A DNA stretch of 64,000 nucleotides from Lama guanicoe. Taxonomy: Eukaryota. Below the pieces are notes generated by a model, which was not told the DNA's origin, ran no database searches, and was given only the letters and a program-made list of their open reading frames with translations. The stretch spans positions 1,455,717 to 1,519,716 of the forward strand of contig MU056898.1 in assembly GCA_013239625.1 (NCBI GenBank), read 5' to 3'. Position 1 is the first letter of the stretch; every line of letters starts with the position of its first letter. The translations under genes were made by a program, and so were the position numbers. Shown piece by piece: positions 48,901 to 56,593 of this stretch.

Positions 48901-51900
48901 CGCCCCTCCTTCCCTTCAGCCTAGAGGCCCTGCGACTGGGACCCTGCTCAGGGCTCCTTGTTGACTGGCTGGAGATGCTGGACCCTGAGGTGATCAGCAG
49001 CTGCCCTGACCTGCAGCAGAGGCTCCTGTTCTCCCGGGGCAAGGTGGGCTGTGCCCCCACACGATGCTCTGAGCCACGTGTTCCCCCGGCACCCCCATGG
49101 GGAGGGTAGGCTCTCCCTGTTGGTTCTAGCAAAGTCCCCTGCCTGGTTCTCATCAGCCAGATGGGCCCCTTGTTTCCTCTAAGCCGGTCAGCACAACTGG
49201 CCAGATGTGGTCTCTGGGGCAGGCGGTAAGGAGTGGGGTCGGTACTTTGTGGGCCCAGGTCCTCACGGACCAGGAGGCGCCGGTTGGCAGGAGCAAGAGT
49301 GGAGCCCAGCACCGCCTGATGAGGAGTGGGGTCCTCCAGGGGGCTGGAGCCCACGTCAGGGCTCTGCAGGGGTGGCGGGGGTGACCCCTGCTTATCAGTC
49401 CATGGCAGAGACGCTGAGTGGGTGGCCGGGATGAGGCTGTGCACCCTCGCCGCATGCCGGCGGGCCTGTGTGTGTGGGAGTGGTGGTCACGTCCCCGCAC
49501 CCCCCACCCGCCCACGTGCTCCCGCACCCTGTGTCTTGCTAGCGTACTTCCTCATCTCTGAGGAGCTGATTCAGTTCAGCACATGTTTAACCTTGGAGTG
49601 ACCGGCCGTGCCAGGTGGTACTTGGGCAGCCAGTGCTGCCCACCAGGCAGGAGCCCCAGCTCTGCCTCAAGATGGACCCGTCCCCTGCCTTGTGGCAGCT
49701 CAGGTGGGCTGTTGTGTGCTGACCCTGGTCAGCAGAGCTGGTCCGCCCAGCGGGCACCATCCCAGGTTTCCTCCTTCTGCAGGGCAAAGGCCACCCTGGC
49801 CCCCAGGTGCCGTCTTTCCGACCCTACCTCCTGGCCCTCCTCACGCACCAGTCCAGCTGGTCCACCCTGCACCAGTGTATCCACGTCCTGCTGGGCAAGG
49901 CCCGGGATCAGAGGTGAGGCCCTCCCCTAACCCCCAGGTCTGCTCCTTCGGCCTCACGGCCGGCGCCACCCTGCTTGGAGCTCCTCCGGCACCAAGTGCA
50001 GACAGCAGCTGGGGGCCCCGGGGCATCCCACCCAGCGCCCTTCCCTGGCTTCCTCAGGGACCAAGGGCTCTTCAGCCAGACCCACTGCCCTGGAGCACAT
50101 GACCACCGTTGTCTGCGCTGTGCTGCGGGGGGTGGGCAGGGCCGACACGAGGCGCAGAGCGGTCAGCGGGGGCCCACGTCCATTCCCACTGGCAGGGCTG
50201 TCCCGCCCTGTCCCCTCTGCCTTGCTCAGCCCGGGCTCCGGGCTTCCTTGCAGGTTCGACCCTTCGGCCTCCCTGGACTTCCTCTGGGCCTGCATCCACG
50301 TCCCTCGGGTCTGGCAGGGGCGGGATCAACGCACCCCCCAGGCAGGTTTCGGGGCGCACCCTGCCCGCAGGGCGAGTGGGTGGCGGGCATGCGAGCCCGC
50401 CCTGCCCGGCTGACTGGCGGACGCATGGTTGCAGAGGCGGCGGGAGGAGCTGGCGCTGCGGGTGCGGGCCCCGGAGCTCGTTGGCCTGGTGGAGCTGGTC
50501 TTGGCGGAGGCAGAGGCCCGGAGCCAGGACGGGGACGCCGGTGCCTGCGGCCTCCTGCAGGCCCGGCTGCCCCTGCTGCTCAGCTGCTGCCGCGGGGAGG
50601 ACCAGAGCGTCAGGAAGGTGGCAGCGCACCTGACAGGCTGCATCCAGCAGTGGGGCGACAGGTGAGGGCCTGCCCCATGGGCTCAGGAGCCCCGCCCTGT
50701 CCTCTCGCCCATGTGACCACAGGTGCCCCTCGACGTGATCACCATGGGCATGAGGCGGGCCGGTGGCGGGCCTGGAGCCCCTGCCGAGAAGCCCACCGCC
50801 CAGCTCTGGGCACCACCCGCAGCAACCCCACATCTGGTCTGTTCCAGCGTGTTGGGCAGGTGTTGCCAGGACCTGCTGGTGCAGCTCTACCTACAGCGGC
50901 CGGAGCTCCGGGTGCCCGTGCCTGAGGTCCTGCTGCACAGCGAGGGGGCCGCCGGCAGCAGCATATGCAAGGTGAGGTCCACTGGGGCTTAGCGGGCCGC
51001 TCCGGTTCTCTAGAAGTGGAAACCCCAACTGGGAAACGGAGAAGCATTATTTTGGGTTTAAAAACCATAGGAACCTGGCGAGTGGTGGTGGCGTGTCCGA
51101 GGGCAGCGCCTGCCCCACCACCTTCGCCTGTCCGATCCCTTGGAAGGTCTGGTAACAAACTTTACTTCTTAAAGTAATTGGGTGTGGAGCAGAGCAGGGC
51201 AGGTGCCGGCTCACGGCCCCCTCGCCCCACAGCAGGCCGCGAGGTGTGATGACAGCCAGGGTGGCGTGTCTCTGGCGGTCCTGCGCCTCCCGCCCCAGGC
51301 CGCCCCTCTCTGTCTCTGCACGTCAGTGGGCCCCCCAGCAGTGCAGTTCAGGTCCGCGGCGGACCAGCCTGCCCACTGCCCTCCCGCCGTGGCGTGGGGG
51401 CTCTCCCCGGCCCCGCTTCCCGGCCCTGCTTCACAAGATGGAGGGATGCGGACGTCTCTGCAGCTGGTTTTCTCTGTTTTGTGTGTCACGTGTTGTCTTA
51501 AACACTGAACTTACGCTGTATTTGTGAGGTTGGTTTTCTCTGCGTGGAGTGGTTTTGGCTCTGGTACCGAGCGCCTTTGCCTCTGTCTGTGGGGAGAGGC
51601 TGAGTGCACACACTATGTGTTGAGATTGGCTGGGAACTTCAGCTGCGGCCTGTTTGACCCTCAAAAGCGCCAGGAAGCACTGGGGGCAGCTCTCTGGGTC
51701 ACCATGGGGGTCCCAAGGGGTTTGGGGACCCTGGCCCCAGGGGTCCGCCCCTGCACAGCGAGCCCTGTTGTAGCCCCTGCAGCGGTGGGCAGCAGACTCG
51801 GGGGCGGGGGCAGGCAGGGCGCGACGGCAGCCCTCGGTTCTGACCGTCCGTTCCTCCCAGCTGGACGGCCTCATCCACCGCTTTATCACCCTCCTCGCGG

Positions 51901-54900
51901 ACACCGGTGACTCCCGGGCGTCTGAGAACCGAGTGGCGGACGCCAACATGGCCTGTCGGAAGCTGGCCGTGGCCCACCCACTCCTGCTGCTCAGGTACTG
52001 CCTGCGGCCCGGTGGTTTTGCGGGCTCGGGGGACGCCCCCAGCCAAGCTCAGGGGCGGTGCCCCTCCTGCCCTAGCCCCGAGCGGGCCTCCACTCCAGGC
52101 GCTCCTTCGGGAATGCACACTATGGCCAGAAGCTGGTCCTCGCAGGGGCTCGAGGCCCTTGGCAGCTCCCTAAGGAGCCTCGGCGGGAGGGGCCTCCGAG
52201 TGGCCCAGAACCAGGGGGATGCAGAGGCCCCACACGCCCAGTCGGGGTGTCAGCGAGGATGAGAAGCTCGTGGGGCCGGGGTGTTGGCTCTCTGGGTGGG
52301 GGAGGGGAGGCAGGACCCAGCATTCTCGCGTCGCCCCCAGGCATCTGCCCATGATCGCCGCTCTCCTCCACGGCCGCACGCACCTCAACTTCCAGGAGTT
52401 CCGGCAGCAGAACCACCTGAGCTTCTTCCTACACGTACTGGGTGTCCTGGAGCTGCTGCAGCCGCACGTGTTCCAGAGCGAGCACCAGGGGGCGCTGTGG
52501 GACTGCCTGCTCTCCTTCGTCCGCCTGCTCCTGGTGGGTGCTGCCCCCACCCCACTGCCCACCCGCCCACCTGCCCAGCCTGGGCTCTAGGGGAGGGGGA
52601 AGGCCATCCTGTTCTGCTGGCCCCTGCCCTCTGGACACCACGGCTAGGGTGTGGGCCACGCACAGGGGCCGGGACCTCAGGGGGCATGTGGCCTCGTCCC
52701 TCTCCCTGCACCCTTCTCAGCCCACCCCCCACCCTGCCCCCATCATTCTGAACCCACTTCCCATTCATCTCGGCCCCCCCTTCTCCCGTGGCTCTGGCAG
52801 GCCTGGTCTTTCTAACCAGGGCTGGGGATCCGCTCCCCTCCACCCAGGGCTGCTGGGTGAGGGCAGACAGGGGCTGCGGGGCTTCCCAGCACTGCTGGGA
52901 CCCTGCAGAGGAGGGCCCCTGCCTGGCAGCCTCACCCTGGGAAGGTTCCCCGCTGCCCACGTGCCTGGGAGACCCCATGTTTTTCAGGGTTCACAAAGGG
53001 CAAGGCCACCTCTGATCCTCTGGGACCTTAGCATGCTGCCCAGCAGAAGGCAGCATGCCGGGGCATCCAGGGTGCGCTCACCATGAGGTCTCTGCTGTGA
53101 ATGCCCCCTCGCTTGGCTTCTCTCTGCAGAACTACAGGAAGTCCTCCCGCCACCTGGCCCCCTTCATCAACAAGTTCGTGCAGTTCACCCACAAGTACAT
53201 CACCTGTAACGCCCCGGCGGCCATCGCCTTCCTGCAGAAACACTCCGACGTGCTCCAGTGAGTGCGCGTCCAACCCAGGCTTCTCGCGGCGAGGGTCCCG
53301 CCAGGGGCTGCCGGGAGGGGCGTGGCGGTGGGAAGGATGCCACCCGCAGCGTGGGGGCCCCAGGACAGCAGGGATGGGCCAGGCGTGGCACCCGGCTCTG
53401 GACACAGAACCAGGGCTGTTCTGAGCTGGCTCCCCGCCTCCCTCCCTTGGCCCCGGGGACGTCCCCCGAGCCCCTCCCCAGGGACCCCCGCCTGCCTCCC
53501 ACCTGCGGCGTGGTCCTCACAGAGAACCTTGCTCCCCCAGCGACCTGTCCTTTGACAGCAGCGACCTGGTGATGCTCAAGTCGCTTCTGGCAGGGCTGAG
53601 CCCTCCCAGCAGGGACGGCAGGGCCGACCGAGGCCTGGATGAGGAGGGCGAAGGTGAGAGCAGGGCCCGGAGCTCCTCTGGGAAGGGGCAGCAGGCTGGG
53701 CTGTCCTGGGTGTCCCTGGGGCATCGATGGCCCCAAATCCATGGCATATACGAAGCACCGAGTGGCACTGTGGCCAGTGTGACCACACAGCACCCCTCTG
53801 TCCTTGGGAAGCCAGCCACGTTCTCCTGTTCTCTGTCCTTGTCCCCCGTCTCCATCCTGTGGCCTTTACAGCCCAGTGGTGACCTGGCACCCACAGCCAG
53901 GTGGATGAGTGAACGAGCTGAGTGACGGGCCTGGGTCCGTTGCTGGCCCTTCACGGCCATCCTGCCCCAATTTTGCTGAGTCACGTATTGAGCGGAACTC
54001 CTGGCTGCCCGTGGACACGCTAAGCACGGTGCCCTGTGCCAGGCGCCTTCATTGAGCACCTGCTGTGCGCCCGAGCGGCACAGGGAAGGTTGCCAGCCAC
54101 GCTCCCTGGGTGGCAGGTGGGCCCAGGAAGGAGCAGCAGCAGGTGAAGCCCAGGAGGAAAGTGCAGTCTCCCAGGCGCCCCCAGCAGGCTCCTTGTTCAC
54201 TGCGTTCATCGAGCGCCCCTGGTGTCGCAGGCCCTGTGCTCAGCCTGGGACGGGGGCCGCGTCTCCGGGGGTCTCCTGTGATTCTGGGCGCTGCTCAGCA
54301 AGGTGTCCCTCAGTGTTGAGTGTGTCCTGGGCCGCTGCCCCGGGCGCACCTCCTCCCAGGGCCCTCGTGGATGGCATATCTGGGGTGGGCTGTCTCATCT
54401 CCAGCCCGACGGCACCGGCTTCCTGTCTTGCAGACGAGGGCTCTGCTGGCTCCCTGCCCCTGGTCAGCGTCTCCCTCTTCACCCCTCTGACCGCAGCGGA
54501 GATGGCCCCCTACATGAAGAGGCTTTCCCGGGGCCAGACGGTCGAGGGTGAGTTTGGGGGCTTGGCTCCCCCAGGCCAGCTCAGCCCTGTGGTGGGCAGT
54601 AGCCTCCCATTCTGTTCCTGTGGTGTTCGGATCCCACTGCGACCCAGGCTGTCCAGGTGTCTCCTGCTGGGGCAGCCAGGAGAGGGCAGGGCGCAGAGAG
54701 GCTGTTAGAGGAAGAAGCAGGGGCTGGAGGCCGGGGGCACTGTTCTACGGGCCAGTAGTGTTGGGGTACCCCCGGAGTCCCCGTGGACACAGGGGAAGAG
54801 AGGCCCAGCAGTGCCCTGGCCGACAACCCCTGGTCTTCTGCGGGGGAGCTGAGGGCCCGAGTGGCCACCAGTGCCTGGGGCAGGGCCATGTGTCTGCAGC

Positions 54901-56325
54901 GTGGCTCAGGCCGGCCAGGGACAGTGCACCCGGGGGGCCTGGCACAAATGCAGGCACCTGGGCCCCTCAGACCTACCGGAAAAGGGGCTCAGGGGTGCAC
55001 ACCTCTGAAAACTTCCCTCTCTGTCAGCACCCGGGTTTGGGGACCTGGTGGGGCTGGGAAGCCTGGAGATCCCTGGTGTGCTCCGTCCGGAGTGGCCGGG
55101 GCTCCTGGGCCTGAGCAGGCGCTGAGGATGGTGTGGAGGTTCCAGGAGGCCTATGCACCCGGGGAGCCAGGGTCCCTGCCTGGCCCCCACCCCTCCTGCC
55201 CCTGGGCTGCATGGTGGACAGGGCGCCGGGGCCGTGGTCCAGCCCTGACGAGCCCCCCGCTTGGCACAGATCTGTTGGAGGCTCTGAGCGATGTGGACGA
55301 GATGTCCCGACGGAGACCCGAGATCCTGGGCTTCTTCTCGGTGAGGGAGCTGGGGTGTGTGTGAGGCTCACGCCACATGCTGGGAGGACCTGGGGTGCGA
55401 TTCAGAGCCTGGGATGGGAGGGTGAAGCCACGTGGGGCCCCTGTTCCTGCCGTCACCCCGCAGGGCCCTCAGCGACTGGGCTTTGGGGGGCGGGCACCAA
55501 GTGTGTTAAGTCGGCCATGCCCTAGGTGCTCATAGGCAGACCTGGAACTGGGGTGCGCTGCTTCACGGGTGCTGAGGTCCCAAAGCCCAGGGAGTGGCTG
55601 GGCCTTGGGGGTCGGGATTCCCACGGCCCTCTCTGCTGTGGCCACAGGCCGTCAGAGGCTGGCCTGAGGCTGAGGGTTTGAGCGCTGGATGGGAGAGTCA
55701 CCCTGCTGACACCCCCACTCCCCTCGCAGACCAGCCTGCAGCGGCTGATGGGCTCCGCCGAGGAGTCCTGCCGCAGCCTGGCCTTCAGCCTGGCTCTGCG
55801 CTCCATCCAGAACAACCCCAGGTGAGCCCGGCGTCACCCTGTCCGGCGGGACCAGCCTGGGCCTCCGGGGCGGAGTCGGGGTCTTGGCCAGGGCTGGAGT
55901 GCCCACCAAGCACGTGGCTCTTTCAGCATCGCGGCCGACTTCCTGCCCACATTCATGTACTGCCTGGGCAGCCGGGACTTCGAGGTGGCACAGACGGCCC
56001 TCCGGAACCTGCCAGAGTACACCCTCCTCTGCCAAGGTGAGCCCCATCCCTGCCCCGCCCGCCCAGCACCCAGTGCCTCTAGAGCCCTCGGGCCCCAGTG
56101 CTAGGCTCTCAGGAAAGGGCCAGAGGCTGCAGAGCCACGTGATGACCTGCCCATCACGGCCAGATTGTCAGACCTGCATGGCCTGACAGGGTCTTCGTCT
56201 GTCCCGCAGAGCACGCAGCTGTGTTGCTGCACCGGGCCTTCCTGGTGGGCATGTACGGCCAGGTGGACACCAGCGCCCAGATCTCTGAGGCCCTGAGGGT
56301 CCTGCACATGGAGGCCGTGATGTGA
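27850..56325 (+). CDS. INTS1: Integrator complex subunit 1, spliced CDS over 47 coding exons (~6561 nt, ~2186 aa assuming a 177-nt exon 11)
   Basis: N-terminus MNRAKPAAVRRPSAAAKPSGHPPPGDFIALGSKG and C-terminus SEALRVLHMEAVM* match INTS1. Exon phases chain without frameshift; introns are GT-AG except two GC-AG. Confidence 0.97.
28477..28767 (+). CDS. INTS1: INTS1 exon 3
   Basis: GHPPPGDFIALG...SVVPIE; AG/GT flanks. Confidence 0.95.
31097..31293 (+). CDS. INTS1: INTS1 exon 4
   Basis: VAPAVLLDEIEAAELEG...EGVIE. Confidence 0.92.
31392..31529 (+). CDS. INTS1: INTS1 exon 5
   Basis: ALCSLLRRDASINFK...PEIFVK. Confidence 0.95.
31843..32002 (+). CDS. INTS1: INTS1 exon 6
   Basis: VYIEDSLGERIWVDS...DLSA. 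Confidence 0.95.
32157..32262 (+). CDS. INTS1: INTS1 exon 7
   Basis: GSSPHPSLTEEEDSQ...QLMP. Confidence 0.95.
32399..32585 (+). CDS. INTS1: INTS1 exon 8
   Basis: RYDELAESVEEYVLDM...LQNPK. Confidence 0.95.
32667..32812 (+). CDS. INTS1: INTS1 exon 9
   Basis: LTRPAQDLLMSVCMN...YMLCV. Confidence 0.95.
32857..32921. other. Assembly gap (65 N) in G-rich intron 9
   Basis: Run of N. Confidence 1.
33009..33150 (+). CDS. INTS1: INTS1 exon 10
   Basis: RELLTAHKDNLGTTIK...ERAPK. Confidence 0.95.
33965..34152. other. Assembly gap (188 N) hiding most of INTS1 exon 11
   Basis: Run of N followed by G GAG TTC AAG|GT. Confidence 1.
33986..34162 (+). CDS. INTS1: INTS1 exon 11 (only the last 10 nt visible; start inferred)
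   Basis: Visible ...EFK|gtgccg at 34153-34162 joins exon 12 ERFV in phase 0. The start assumes an orthologous length of 177 nt, recalled rather than observed. Confidence 0.7.
34802..34910 (+). CDS. INTS1: INTS1 exon 12
   Basis: ERFVIHITDVLAVSMM...GEKK. Confidence 0.95.
35457..35577 (+). CDS. INTS1: INTS1 exon 13
   Basis: NLEVLRSFQNQIAAIQ...DYVH. Confidence 0.95.
36015..36092 (+). CDS. INTS1: INTS1 exon 14
   Basis: CLHKVLFTEQPETYYKWDNWPPESDR. Confidence 0.95.
36677..36834 (+). CDS. INTS1: INTS1 exon 15
   Basis: NFFLRLCSEVPILED...VQAD. Confidence 0.95.
37485..37581 (+). CDS. INTS1: INTS1 exon 16
   Basis: DVEVLKVERIQLIDAV...QLPP. Confidence 0.95.
37830..39500 (-). mobile_element. Degenerate L1 (L1MB-like), antisense in INTS1 intron 16
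   Basis: T-rich; 'tttgaccggctttcttcactgag', 'gtgtcatgtctaagaaaccattgc', 'gtcctccactttgctctttgtcaagat...ttggctcttctgggtcc' resemble L1 3' ORF2/UTR reverse complement. Confidence 0.7.
39791..39882 (+). CDS. INTS1: INTS1 exon 17
   Basis: GYQPPNLAISTLYWKAW...PENI. Confidence 0.95.
40085..40145 (+). CDS. INTS1: INTS1 exon 18
   Basis: GLAAWEEYPTLKMLMEMVMT. Confidence 0.95.
40894..41091 (+). CDS. INTS1: INTS1 exon 19
   Basis: NNYSYPPCTLTDEET...SLDP. Confidence 0.95.
41378..41507 (+). CDS. INTS1: INTS1 exon 20 (GC donor)
   Basis: QGPPRRPPPHILDQV...IIQRQ|GCGAGT. Confidence 0.92.
41841..42020 (+). CDS. INTS1: INTS1 exon 21
   Basis: ASSQSMPWLADLVQ...KKRQ. Confidence 0.95.
42103..42252 (+). CDS. INTS1: INTS1 exon 22
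   Basis: RQQKQRQLLGRLQD...LAMK. Confidence 0.95.
42542..42721 (+). CDS. INTS1: INTS1 exon 23
   Basis: GLSLVLSEGSLRDG...LALQQ. Confidence 0.95.
42790..42894 (+). CDS. INTS1: INTS1 exon 24
   Basis: AIHMETDPQTISAY...DLAL. Confidence 0.95.
43702..43869 (+). CDS. INTS1: INTS1 exon 25
   Basis: DVARLVVERSTVMS...VYSW. Confidence 0.95.
43943..44054 (+). CDS. INTS1: INTS1 exon 26
   Basis: SESQDQVFLRWTSG...GPPR. Confidence 0.95.
45069..45230 (+). CDS. INTS1: INTS1 exon 27
   Basis: AGDGEFRALLDIWF...LVDA; AAG acceptor. Confidence 0.9.
45812..45958 (+). CDS. INTS1: INTS1 exon 28
   Basis: ALQDLEPQQLLLFV...IMDK. Confidence 0.95.
46187..46285 (+). CDS. INTS1: INTS1 exon 29
   Basis: NYMAHLVEVQHERG...PARR. 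Confidence 0.95.
46556..46680 (+). CDS. INTS1: INTS1 exon 30
   Basis: DSAEAPKPKGSPEQ...ILLQ. Confidence 0.93.
47175..47429 (+). CDS. INTS1: INTS1 exon 31
   Basis: IFPLSPGPRWPSSS...CQYQ. Confidence 0.95.
47966..48125 (+). CDS. INTS1: INTS1 exon 32
   Basis: RCVPQDTGFSSLFL...RISD. Confidence 0.95.
48376..48516 (+). CDS. INTS1: INTS1 exon 33
   Basis: VRSGFLHLAEALTF...LVSK. Confidence 0.93.
48666..48831 (+). CDS. INTS1: INTS1 exon 34
   Basis: VLQGLIEVRSPHLEE...GSC. Confidence 0.93.
48920..49043 (+). CDS. INTS1: INTS1 exon 35
   Basis: SLEALRLGPCSGLLVDW...SRGK. Confidence 0.95.
49783..49913 (+). CDS. INTS1: INTS1 exon 36
   Basis: GKGHPGPQVPSFRPYLL...RDQ. Confidence 0.93.
50254..50341 (+). CDS. 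INTS1: INTS1 exon 37 (GC donor)
   Basis: RFDPSASLDFLWAC...RTPQ|GCAGGT. Confidence 0.9.
50435..50661 (+). CDS. INTS1: INTS1 exon 38
   Basis: RRREELALRVRAPE...QWGD. Confidence 0.95.
50848..50971 (+). CDS. INTS1: INTS1 exon 39
   Basis: SVLGRCCQDLLVQL...SICK. Confidence 0.95.
51861..51994 (+). CDS. INTS1: INTS1 exon 40
   Basis: LDGLIHRFITLLAD...HPLLLL. Confidence 0.95.
52341..52533 (+). CDS. INTS1: INTS1 exon 41
   Basis: RHLPMIAALLHGRT...RLLL. Confidence 0.95.
53130..53257 (+). CDS. INTS1: INTS1 exon 42
   Basis: NYRKSSRHLAPFINK...DVL. Confidence 0.95.
53541..53653 (+). CDS. INTS1: INTS1 exon 43
   Basis: HDLSFDSSDLVMLK...EEGE. Confidence 0.95.
54434..54547 (+). CDS. INTS1: INTS1 exon 44
   Basis: DEGSAGSLPLVSVS...QTVE. 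Confidence 0.95.
55270..55340 (+). CDS. INTS1: INTS1 exon 45
   Basis: DLLEALSDVDEMSRRRPEILGFFS. Confidence 0.95.
55730..55821 (+). CDS. INTS1: INTS1 exon 46
   Basis: TSLQRLMGSAEESC...QNNP. Confidence 0.95.
55927..56036 (+). CDS. INTS1: INTS1 exon 47
   Basis: SIAADFLPTFMYCLG...LCQ. Confidence 0.95.
56210..56325 (+). CDS. INTS1: INTS1 exon 48 (coding part, TGA 56323-56325)
   Basis: EHAAVLLHRAFLVG...EAVM*. Confidence 0.95.
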
Positions 56326-56587
56326 GCCTGCGCCTGGCCAACTGCACGCCCGCCGGGGTGCCCAGCCGAGCCCGGAGGCCTCTGGTCCAGCGGTGGCGTC
56401 TTCCAGGAGGGGAGGAACCGCCCCAGGGTCAGGCGGGGCAGCACTCAGAGCCACGGCCGGTGCCCCCCGCCAGCAGTCTGGGAGGGCCGCCTGCCCAGAG
56501 GCTGTCCTGCCTGCAGGGTGACAGGGCGCAGCCCGGCTGGAAGGAGACTGTCGTGTCCTGGTGAATCACGGCTGGGGCTGGTTTCAG

Positions 56588-56593
56588 ATTAAA
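56588..56593 (+). terminator. INTS1: INTS1 polyadenylation signal ATTAAA
   Basis: The only canonical hexamer near the stop codon; followed by a GU-rich tract 'gtggctgctggtgtagtttg' at 56611-56630. Confidence 0.8.
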
